A stretch of DNA of 64,000 bases, from positions 292,482 through 356,481 of the forward strand of contig JALOPZ010000002.1 in assembly GCA_025453605.1 (NCBI GenBank), given 5' to 3'. The notes beneath the pieces were generated by a model. The model saw nothing but the letters and a program-made list of their open reading frames with translations. It was not told the DNA's origin and searched no databases. Position 1 is the first letter of the stretch. The number at the start of each line of letters is the position of its first letter. Made by a program: the position numbers and the translations under genes. Positions 52,997 to 61,471 of this stretch are shown piece after piece. This DNA comes from Candidatus Margulisiibacteriota bacterium (GTDB lineage Bacteria > Margulisbacteria > WOR-1 > O2-12-FULL-45-9 > XYB2-FULL-48-7).

Positions 52997-55455
52997 ATGA
53001 TCGAATCGATCTTTTCGACGTAACGGGCGATCAGCTTTTGCACGGTCCGATCGTTGTCCGCCTCGGCGCAGACGTGGATGATCGGCCGCGCCGGATCGGG
53101 GAGGATCAGGACCCAGTCCTCGCCGTCAAAGATCTTGACCCCGTCGGTCAGGTCGACTTCCTCATCTTTGACCTCGTCGATGATCGTGCGCAAAACGGTC
53201 CCTTTCTTTTCCGGGGCGCAGGAGACATCCTTGCAGGTCATAACGATCCGCGGCACCGCGGCCGAGACGGCCGAGAGTTTTTCCTTGGTCCGGGCCAGCA
53301 GTTCCAGCAGTTTGATCGTGGTGAACATAGCGTCAAAGGCTGGTTGAAACTCCGGGAAGATAAAACCACCCAGATTTTCCCCCATCATGCTGATCCCCGG
53401 CCGGGAAGAAGCGTCCATCATATCGCGAACGCTGGTCTTGGTCCGGATAATCTGAAAATTGAACTGTTGAGCCAGCTGATCGAGCACCCGACTGGCTTTG
53501 ACCGGCACGGCGATCTGGGCTTGTTTTGTCGCTTTGGCGACCAGCAGGGCCATGACCGCCAGCTCCTGATCGCCGCGCAGCAGCGCCCCCCGCTCATCGC
53601 AGAGAAAGACCTTTTCCGCGCCGGTGTCCAGCATCACGCCCAGGTCGGCGCCGAGCGACTTGACGATCTGCGACAACTGGTCGAGCGCCTTTTCGAACGC
53701 CTGCCTGGTCTTGGTGATCTTGGTTTCGTCGATGTGGGCGTTGACGGCGATGACCTCGATCCCCAGATCGCCGAGGATCGACGGGAAGATCGACGACGCG
53801 GAGCTGTAGGCGTAGTCGACGACCACCTTGAAGCGGGCGTTGCTGATCGCTTCGCGGTCGACCCCGCTGAGCGCTCCCTCTTTGTACGATTCCGCCACCC
53901 GATGGAACGGGAAGCTCAGTTCCCCGGTCGCCTCGACCCCGACGCGGCGGTATTCCTCGCTGGCGTAGACCCGTTCGATCTTTTTCTCCCGGGCGGAGGT
54001 CAGGTCCATCCCGTTCTCGTCAAAGAACTTAATGTCGATCACCTGCGGATCGTAGGGTGATTTGCGGACGTGGAAGCCGCCGCGGCTTTTAAGCGCCTTG
54101 AGCTCGTAGCGGTTGACCGGGATCGGGACTTCTTCCAGGTTGGAGACGTTGACCCCGGCCGAAAGAACTCCGGCGATCAGCGCCCGGTAGATCATCCGCG
54201 ACGATTTATGCGAATCACGGGAGGTGGAAATGTGCGCCCCCTGACCCAGGACCGCGCCGTAAGCGGCGCCGAGCGCCGCGGCGAACTCCGGCGTCAGTTC
54301 GACATTGCAGAGGCCGGTGACGCCGTAAGGGCCGAAAATGCTCCGGCTCCAGCGTTCGCGCCAAACCATTGAGCGGGAAACCGTCGCCCCCGCCTCGATC
54401 ACTTTATGCGGCCAGACCTTGACATACGGTTTGAGATTGACATCCTTGCCGAGGTGACACTCTTCGCCGATGACCGTCCCTTCTTCCAGGAGGCTCCGGT
54501 CGCCGACCACGCTCCTGCGGGCGACGATCGCCTGCTCCAATTGCGCTTCCGCGCCGATCGTCACGTCGTCCCAGATGACGCTGTGGCGCAATCTGGCCCC
54601 CGGGCCGATCCGGCAGTTCCGGCCGATCGAGACCTCGGCCAGCAGGGCATCGGCGGCCACGGTCGTCCCCGCGCCGATGATCACGGTCCCCTCACGCCGC
54701 ACGGTCGGATCGACCGCCGCGTCACTGGCGATCTGGAACTTTTTTGCGCCGGCGATCTCGGCGTGGACCCGGGCGTATTCCGCCAGACTGCCGATATCTT
54801 TCCAGACCCCATCCGCGACGTACCCGTACAGCGGTTTTTTGTCGGTCAACAAGCGGGGGAACAGGTCCTGGCTGAAATCGAACGACCGGCCGGCCGGAAT
54901 CGCCGCCAGAACAGCCTGGTCCAGAACGTAGATCCCGCAGTTGATCGTATCGGAAAAGACCTCACTCCAGGACGGTTTTTCCAGGAAGCGCTTGATCCGG
55001 CCCTCTTTATCGGTGATGACGATCCCGTACGGCAAAGGATTGGCTACCCGGGTCAAGACCAGGGTGGCCAGCGCTTGCTTTTGCCGGTGGTACCGGGTGA
55101 CCGCCTCCAGGTCAAAATCGGTGATCAGATCGGCGCTGATGATCAAGATCGGCTCGTCCTTGTCGGGAAAATTCTGGGCCGCGAACTTGACCGCCCCGGC
55201 GGTGCCGTAATCTTCTTTGGCCTCGGCATAAGTAAGATCGACCCCGAAGGCGGAACCGTCGCCAAAGTAACTCTTGATCGACTCCGGCTGGTGATAAAGA
55301 AGGGCGGTGATATCCTTGAACTTGTGCTTGCGGAGGAGGTAGATCACATATTCCATCAGCGGCTGGTTGGCGACCGGCACCATCGGCTTGGGAATATTGA
55401 CCGTTAACGGATGAAGTCTGGTCCCCAGCCCGCCGGCCAGGACGATCGCTCTCAA
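52993..55455 (-). CDS. Sugar-1-phosphate nucleotidyltransferase + LbH + phosphoglucomutase-like fusion (mannose-1-P guanylyltransferase family)
   Basis: LAGGLGTRLHPLT..PKPMVP, GTAGAVK, FLEKP, hexapeptide repeats, PGM/PMM-like C-half; probable TTG start at 55455. Confidence 0.88.
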   Translation of the reverse strand: MRAIVLAGGLGTRLHPLTVNIPKPMVPVANQPLMEYVIYLLRKHKFKDITALLYHQPESIKSYFGDGSAFGVDLTYAEAKEDYGTAGAVKFAAQNFPDKDEPILIISADLITDFDLEAVTRYHRQKQALATLVLTRVANPLPYGIVITDKEGRIKRFLEKPSWSEVFSDTINCGIYVLDQAVLAAIPAGRSFDFSQDLFPRLLTDKKPLYGYVADGVWKDIGSLAEYARVHAEIAGAKKFQIASDAAVDPTVRREGTVIIGAGTTVAADALLAEVSIGRNCRIGPGARLRHSVIWDDVTIGAEAQLEQAIVARRSVVGDRSLLEEGTVIGEECHLGKDVNLKPYVKVWPHKVIEAGATVSRSMVWRERWSRSIFGPYGVTGLCNVELTPEFAAALGAAYGAVLGQGAHISTSRDSHKSSRMIYRALIAGVLSAGVNVSNLEEVPIPVNRYELKALKSRGGFHVRKSPYDPQVIDIKFFDENGMDLTSAREKKIERVYASEEYRRVGVEATGELSFPFHRVAESYKEGALSGVDREAISNARFKVVVDYAYSSASSIFPSILGDLGIEVIAVNAHIDETKITKTRQAFEKALDQLSQIVKSLGADLGVMLDTGAEKVFLCDERGALLRGDQELAVMALLVAKATKQAQIAVPVKASRVLDQLAQQFNFQIIRTKTSVRDMMDASSRPGISMMGENLGGFIFPEFQPAFDAMFTTIKLLELLARTKEKLSAVSAAVPRIVMTCKDVSCAPEKKGTVLRTIIDEVKDEEVDLTDGVKIFDGEDWVLILPDPARPIIHVCAEADNDRTVQKLIARYVEKIDSII

Positions 55456-57038
55456 GCGTACACCATATAATCGACCTCGGGGAAGATGTTGTCCAGCCAT
55501 TCGAGCTGACCCAGATAAGGGAGGTCGATCGCGTTGGCCCTGATCCCGTCGTACAGTTTGGAGAACCGCTCAATGTGGTCTTTGGTCCGTTTATAAGCGT
55601 ATGGCGGGCAGGTCCCGGTCTTGAAAATGAACGCCCAGTCCGAGGACTGCGCCAGCAGGAGCTCGCGCACCGACTGGTTCAGCGCGCGGCGCAGATCGCC
55701 GGTGGCGTGCGGGTAACTTTGCGCCAGTTCGACCATCCGGTCGGCCGCTTTGTGCAGATAGCGGTAGAGCCAGTCGTTGCTCCCGTTGAGCCAGACCTCG
55801 GCGTACCCTTTATACCCCCAGGATGACTGCGAGGGGGTGACGATCTGATTGCGCGGATAGCGGTCCAGATATTCCGACGGCGTGATCAGCTGGACCGTTG
55901 TCTGATCAAAATGGATCTTGCGGAGGAGAAAATTCAGCCAGGCCGGTCCTTCGTACCACCAGTGCCCGTAGAGCTCGGCGTCATAAGGCGAAACGATGAT
56001 CGGCTTCTTGCCCAGCCAATCGTACAGGTGTTCGACCTGCTTTTCCCGGTTGAACAGAAAGTTGCCGGCGTGGTCTGCTGCCCTTTCCAGCGCCGCCCGC
56101 TCGTGATAGGGCTGTTTGAAAGCCAGTTCGACGTTCCCGGTGATCCGAAAATACTTGATCCCGGTGTTGATCCTGGTCCCGTCAACATGGATGTACGGCC
56201 GGATATAATCGTAATCAAGGTCAAAGCCGATGTCGCGGTAGAACTCGCGGTATTGATAATCGCCCGGATAACCCTCGGCGGCGCTCCAGACCGCTTTTGA
56301 TGATTCCATGTCGCGGCCGAAAGCGGCGACCCCGGATTTACAGTAAACCGGCGCGAACACGCCGTACTTAGGTCGGGGCGTACCGTGTAAGATACCGTGA
56401 GTATCGACCAGAAAAAAGCGGATCCCCGCCTCTTTGAGGAATTCGTCATGTCCCGGCTGGTAGCCGCACTCCGGCAGCCAGATGCCGCGCGCCTTGCGGC
56501 CGAAAAGTTTTTCGTACTGAGCCGCCGCGATCATGATCTGCGCCCGGACCGCTTTGGGATTGACCTCCATCAGCGGCAAAAAACCGTGGGTGGCGCCGCA
56601 GGTGATGATCTCCAGCTTTCCCAGGTCCTGGAACTTTTTGAAAGCCGTGACCAGATTGCGGCCATACCGGTTGACGAACAGTTCCCGCGCTTCCTGAAAT
56701 AGCCGATGATACATCCGGGCCAGCTCGTGGAACTCCGCCTGCCAGCGGGTCCGTTCCAGCTCTTTTTCGGTTAATTCGATCAGCTTGTCCAGGTGCTGGA
56801 CATAACGGTCCTGCAATAAGGGGTCAACGAACATCGAGGCGAGCGTCGGCGTGATCGACATCGTCAAGCGGAAATCGACTCCGTCGTTCAATAAGCCCTC
56901 AAAGACCTTTAAGAGCGGCAGATAGGTTTCGGTGATCGCCTCGTAGAACCAATCCTCCTCCAGAAAATCCTCGTGCTCGGGATGCCGCACGAAAGGGAGA
57001 TGAGCATGGAGGACTAAGGCCAGGTAACCTTTTTCCAT
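55452..57038 (-). CDS. GH57 1,4-alpha-glucan branching enzyme (DUF1957)
   Basis: VLHAHLPFV, ETYLPL, GIWLPECGY, PYDAELYGHWWYEG, ELLLAQSSDWAF. Confidence 0.93.
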   Translation of the reverse strand: MEKGYLALVLHAHLPFVRHPEHEDFLEEDWFYEAITETYLPLLKVFEGLLNDGVDFRLTMSITPTLASMFVDPLLQDRYVQHLDKLIELTEKELERTRWQAEFHELARMYHRLFQEARELFVNRYGRNLVTAFKKFQDLGKLEIITCGATHGFLPLMEVNPKAVRAQIMIAAAQYEKLFGRKARGIWLPECGYQPGHDEFLKEAGIRFFLVDTHGILHGTPRPKYGVFAPVYCKSGVAAFGRDMESSKAVWSAAEGYPGDYQYREFYRDIGFDLDYDYIRPYIHVDGTRINTGIKYFRITGNVELAFKQPYHERAALERAADHAGNFLFNREKQVEHLYDWLGKKPIIVSPYDAELYGHWWYEGPAWLNFLLRKIHFDQTTVQLITPSEYLDRYPRNQIVTPSQSSWGYKGYAEVWLNGSNDWLYRYLHKAADRMVELAQSYPHATGDLRRALNQSVRELLLAQSSDWAFIFKTGTCPPYAYKRTKDHIERFSKLYDGIRANAIDLPYLGQLEWLDNIFPEVDYMVYA

Positions 57039-57040
57039 CC

Positions 57041-57988
57041 TTAATCCGTTTTTCTTTCGACCTGCGGGATTATTTTGCGGCGCTCGGCCCCGTCATCGCG
57101 GATCGCTTCGATCGGAATGACCTGTTTTCCATCAGGGAGTGAGAAACGGAGGGAAAAGGTCCCGTCCGGGCGCAGGTCGATCTTATGCCCCTGGACGGTC
57201 ACGGTCGCGGACGGTTCCGTCGCGCCGTAAACGATCAACTCGCAATTGGCCATCAACCAAAATGGCCTTTCCCCCATGACCCGGGCCGGCGAACTGAGAC
57301 TGCTGACCCAACCGGAAGAAGATTCCTGTTCCAGCCGGCGGCGCATCAATTCGCGGATCTCCTCGGAGCCGCGGCCGATCCCAAAACCACCGGAGAGCGC
57401 GTACATCCGCTCCCAATCCGGGGTCAGCCACTGTTCGTCGATCACGTCGGACATCCGGTCAAGCGGCGTGGTAACGTAATTGGAGCGGGCAGCGGCAATG
57501 AAGCGCCCATCCGGGGTCAAGAAACCGATGTCAACGCAATAGGTCCGGTTCGGTTCCGGCACCTTAAGGTACCAGCTGCGGGCGCCGCCATCAATAATGA
57601 CATCGAAGGAATGCCAGCCGGCGGTCTCGTAAACGCGCAAAACTTCCCGGCTCCGGTCCAACTGCTCCTGGCCGATCTCCCGGGCGATCTCACCGCGCCG
57701 CCGGCCGTTGACCTCCCAATAGGCGTAGAGCCAGTACGGATCGCGGACCAGCAAAACGATCTTGTTGTCATCGTAACCGCCGGGGAACTCCCACGGTTTA
57801 TTTTCGGTGAATTTCTGAATGACCGGACCAGCGTAATATTTGCTCTCTTCAACCTGCTGGTCGGCTGGGGCGGGCTTGAGCGGCAGCTCGATGACAGGCT
57901 TTTTTTTGCGGATCACCCGACGCCGGGTAGTTGTTTTCCTGGCCGGTTTATCTTTAGCGGTTGGCACCGCTTTTTTTCTGGGCGGCAT
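57041..57988 (-). CDS. DUF4912-domain protein with basic N-terminal tail
   Basis: LLVRDPYWLYAYWE, SWYL, ARSNYVTTP, FWLMANCELIVYGATEP, DGTFSLRF. Confidence 0.87.
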   Translation of the reverse strand: MPPRKKAVPTAKDKPARKTTTRRRVIRKKKPVIELPLKPAPADQQVEESKYYAGPVIQKFTENKPWEFPGGYDDNKIVLLVRDPYWLYAYWEVNGRRRGEIAREIGQEQLDRSREVLRVYETAGWHSFDVIIDGGARSWYLKVPEPNRTYCVDIGFLTPDGRFIAAARSNYVTTPLDRMSDVIDEQWLTPDWERMYALSGGFGIGRGSEEIRELMRRRLEQESSSGWVSSLSSPARVMGERPFWLMANCELIVYGATEPSATVTVQGHKIDLRPDGTFSLRFSLPDGKQVIPIEAIRDDGAERRKIIPQVERKTD

Positions 57989-57995
57989 TATCCCC

Positions 57996-58265
57996 CTACC
58001 TTACAAAACGAACGGAATTGGTCGTCCCCTGATCATTGCCGATCTGCTGTTCGGCGGCCGGATCGTTGAGCCAGGAACCGTCGGCAATGAACTTGTACTG
58101 GTACTCACCCGGTTCCAGGCTGACATCCGCCTTCCATTCACCACTGCGGGCATGCTTCATGACGATCGCCCCCTGCTCCCAACCGGTAAAATTACCGGCC
58201 AATTTAACCTCTTGCGCTGCGGTCGGCGCGGTGAACTTGAAAGCAACCTTTTTCTTGCGGGCCAT
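57996..58265 (-). CDS. Stand-alone CBM48/AMPK-beta-like glycogen-binding protein (start set at MARKK)
   Basis: AQEVKLAGNFTGW, GEWKADVSLEPGEYQYKFIADGSWLNDP, GTTNSV. Confidence 0.9.
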   Translation of the reverse strand: MARKKKVAFKFTAPTAAQEVKLAGNFTGWEQGAIVMKHARSGEWKADVSLEPGEYQYKFIADGSWLNDPAAEQQIGNDQGTTNSVRFVR

Positions 58266-59302
58266 TACACTTTCACCTCCCGAAGATATTTCGCGGCTTC
58301 TTCCGGAGCGGTCGGGTTGATGTACAGACCGGACCCCCATTCGAAACCGGCCTGCTTGGTCAGGCGCGGGATGATCTCGATGTGCCAGTGGAAATCATAC
58401 TGGATCGTTCCCCAGTAATCGGGCTTCCCCGGCCGCGGAACCGAATTGGGCGCGGTGTGGAGAACGTAATTGTAGGGCGGATCGTTCAGCGTTTTGCGCA
58501 GCCTGGTCAGGACATCCTTGAGACAGCGCGCCAGCTGGAGGCGCTCCTCGTCGGGCATGATCTGGAAACCGTGTTCGTGCCGCCGCGGCATCAGCCAGAG
58601 CTCGAAGGGAAAGCGCGAAGCGAACGGCGCAAAGACGACAAAATACTCATTCTCGTAAACCAGCCGCTCGCCCGAGCCGAGCTCCTGCCGGATCATGTCG
58701 CAAAAGATGCAGCGCTCTTTCTCCTGGAAATAGCTGCGGGAATTGGACAGCTCCAGTTTGATGTAGCGCGGCGTGATCGGGGTAGCGATCAGCTGGGAGT
58801 GCGGGTGCGCCAGCGAAGCGCCGGCGGCGGTCCCGTAGTTCTTGAAGACCAGGATATAGCGGAAGCGTTTGTCCTTTTCCAGGTCGGTGATCCGCTGTTT
58901 GTACGCCCAGAGGATCTTTTCGACATGTTCGTCCGGTAGATCGGGGATGTTCTGGTTATGCTTGGGGGTTTCGACGATCACTTCGTGGGCGCCGATCCCG
59001 CTCATCATGTCGTAGATCCCCATGCCGGTCCGGTTGACGTCGCCTTCGATGATCAGGGCCGGGAACTTGTTCGGAATAACCCGGACGTCCCAGCCGGTGG
59101 TATTGGGGAGAGAGGCGGCTTTGCGCCAGGCGATTATCTCGGCCGGCGTTTTGGCCTCGTTACCGTCGCAAAACGGACAGAACTTCGTCTCCGCCTGCTC
59201 CGCGGCAACGGTGGTCCCGCCAAAGTCGGTCGGCCGGCGTCCGCGTTCGGTCGAAACCACTACCCAGCGGTCGGAAATCGGGTCTTTACGCAATTCAGGC
59301 AT
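58265..59302 (-). CDS. galT: GalT-like hexose-1-phosphate nucleotidyltransferase (HIT family)
   Basis: MPELRKDP, CPFC, NKFPAL, GAHEVIVE, GASLAHPHSQ, FHWHIEIIP. Confidence 0.9.
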   Translation of the reverse strand: MPELRKDPISDRWVVVSTERGRRPTDFGGTTVAAEQAETKFCPFCDGNEAKTPAEIIAWRKAASLPNTTGWDVRVIPNKFPALIIEGDVNRTGMGIYDMMSGIGAHEVIVETPKHNQNIPDLPDEHVEKILWAYKQRITDLEKDKRFRYILVFKNYGTAAGASLAHPHSQLIATPITPRYIKLELSNSRSYFQEKERCIFCDMIRQELGSGERLVYENEYFVVFAPFASRFPFELWLMPRRHEHGFQIMPDEERLQLARCLKDVLTRLRKTLNDPPYNYVLHTAPNSVPRPGKPDYWGTIQYDFHWHIEIIPRLTKQAGFEWGSGLYINPTAPEEAAKYLREVKV

Positions 59303-59320
59303 TGATTTTCCTCCTAACCA

Positions 59321-61471
59321 TTATTCCTCGATCCGAATGACGATCTTGACCCGCCAACTGACGTTTGGTTCGAGCTGCAGGCGCCAGTTCGGCAGGACGA
59401 CCGAACTCTGGTAGGTCCGCTCAAAACCGGACTCGGACTGTGACACGGTTTCCACAGGAAAACGCCAAAAATCAGCAGGCCGATCAAGTTCGAATGATAC
59501 ACTAAAGCCTTTCCATTTGTCAACGAGCTTAAGGCCGGTCCGGGACTCGCTGACCCCTTTACTGGCCAGCGTCCGATCGGTCAGCGTCTCGCCCGGAATC
59601 TCATAATAACGATCGTCGGCCCGGCCGGCCAGCAGGGAAAAATTGAACTCGGAACCGAACCAGGCACTGAGCTCTTCCTGGCCCAGATTGGTCAGCTCGT
59701 AATTTATCGTCACGATCGATTGCTTGGCGCAGATGGTGACCTCCTTTTCCAGCCGGACCGGCACGCCGCCGACCTGGCCGGTGCGGCGGAGGAGCAGCCC
59801 GACCTCGTTACCGCGACGTTTAGGGAGGTATTCGAACGGGGCGGTGGTAAAATCGCCCAGCTCCTGATACTTGGCCCGGCTAAATCCTTCCAGCTCGGTC
59901 CCGTCGGCCAGAAAGTGGTCGAGCAAGGAGATCCGGCGATGCCAGTCGTAATCGAGCGCCCGCTCCAAACCTTCTTCCTTGGACTTAACGATCTCGTGGA
60001 TCGAACTGACCCCGCTCCCGCCCCCGCGCGCCGCGTGCTTGAGCTTGTCGTGGTAAACCTCCTCGCGGCGAGCGAGCGTGTTGATCAGATTAAAGGCTTT
60101 CGGTTTGTAATCAAGCTCGAACAGGGCGCCGCCGTAGGCCGGCGCAAAATATAAATTGAGCAGGTTGTTGGTCAGGATGACCTCGTCGTGCCCATCCTTG
60201 TCGAAATCGGTCACGGCGATCTCGGCATAATTGTCCTTACCGCGCGCGTAGCGGTCCATCAGGACCTCGGCCTTGATCAGGTGCTCGTAGACCGCGTGAC
60301 GCAGGTAATTAAGGTAGAGCCCGCCAAAAACCCCGTGCCAGTAGGCGCAGTTGCATTGGCCCTGGTAAAGTTCCTCCTTGGCCGCCTGGAGGCGCGCGTC
60401 GCGCTCCTGTTCGCCGATCAGCGATTTGCCCTGTTTAAGCGTCTGCAGTTTTTGACTGACCTGCAGCATCTTCTTGTGCATGTTGTTCGCCTCGGGATAT
60501 TTGACGAAGAAGTTGCGGAAGAACCCGCCCTTAAAGAACTGACTGTACTCCTCGAATTTACCATGCTGCTTGAGCTCGTTGATGATCCGGTCAAGTTTCT
60601 TGGCCGAAGCGGTCGGCAGCGACCACTCCATCATCTCAAAGTAGGAGGCGGTCGGCAGATAGACCCGGCCGCGCGGCGGGACGCTGTCCAGATATTCGGA
60701 AAAGGTCTGCGACTCGATCCAGCTATTATTATCTTCGATCAGGGTCAGCAGCTTTTCCAGGTAGCCCTCCTCAAAGACCCATTTATAGGTCCCGGGCCAG
60801 ACCCCGAACTTTTCACCGTCGTCGGCCAGGATCGCCGCCTGGTCGCCGCTCTCGGTGGCAAGGCTGTGCAGGTACCGGATCGTCTCTTCCGGCAGTTTAA
60901 AGGGGATCAGGTAACGGAGCTGCTTGCTGATCGGGAAGATCTTAAGCTCGGCGCCGGCTTCTTCCGTCACGTAGTGGCCGAGCAGTTGTTCCGGCGGCAG
61001 GCCGGCGGACAGAAAATGCTGGTCGTCGACCATGACATATTCGATCCCGGTCTGCGCCAGGACCTTGGGGAGATGCGGCTCCCAGATCCGTTCCGTCAGC
61101 CAGAGACCGCGCGGCGCCAGGCCGAAATGCTCTTTGATAAAACGGTTCGACATAGCGATCTGCCCGACCTTGTCCTCGTCGGGGATAATGGGAATGATCG
61201 GCTCGTAATAACCGGCGGTGATCACTTCCAGCTGGCCGCGCTTGACCAGTTTTTTCAGGTAATCGATGAATTCAGGATGTTTGGCCAGGAACCAGTCGTA
61301 AAGGATGCCGCTGTAGTGGACGGCAAATTTGATCCGCGGGTGAGCGTCCATCACCTGAATGAACGGTAAATATGAACGTTCGTAGGCTTCGTCGAGCACG
61401 TGACTGAAATTACCGACCGGCTGATGGCAATGGACCCCGAAAAGAAATTTAACCTTTTTCAAACGTACCAC
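59321..61471 (-). CDS. GH57 alpha-amylase/4-alpha-glucanotransferase (DUF1925/DUF1926)
   Basis: HCHQPVGNF, GLWLTERIWEP, DDGEKFGVWPGT, SYFEMMEW, QCNCAYWHGVFGGLY, SQSESGFE. Confidence 0.92.
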   Translation of the reverse strand: MVRLKKVKFLFGVHCHQPVGNFSHVLDEAYERSYLPFIQVMDAHPRIKFAVHYSGILYDWFLAKHPEFIDYLKKLVKRGQLEVITAGYYEPIIPIIPDEDKVGQIAMSNRFIKEHFGLAPRGLWLTERIWEPHLPKVLAQTGIEYVMVDDQHFLSAGLPPEQLLGHYVTEEAGAELKIFPISKQLRYLIPFKLPEETIRYLHSLATESGDQAAILADDGEKFGVWPGTYKWVFEEGYLEKLLTLIEDNNSWIESQTFSEYLDSVPPRGRVYLPTASYFEMMEWSLPTASAKKLDRIINELKQHGKFEEYSQFFKGGFFRNFFVKYPEANNMHKKMLQVSQKLQTLKQGKSLIGEQERDARLQAAKEELYQGQCNCAYWHGVFGGLYLNYLRHAVYEHLIKAEVLMDRYARGKDNYAEIAVTDFDKDGHDEVILTNNLLNLYFAPAYGGALFELDYKPKAFNLINTLARREEVYHDKLKHAARGGGSGVSSIHEIVKSKEEGLERALDYDWHRRISLLDHFLADGTELEGFSRAKYQELGDFTTAPFEYLPKRRGNEVGLLLRRTGQVGGVPVRLEKEVTICAKQSIVTINYELTNLGQEELSAWFGSEFNFSLLAGRADDRYYEIPGETLTDRTLASKGVSESRTGLKLVDKWKGFSVSFELDRPADFWRFPVETVSQSESGFERTYQSSVVLPNWRLQLEPNVSWRVKIVIRIEE

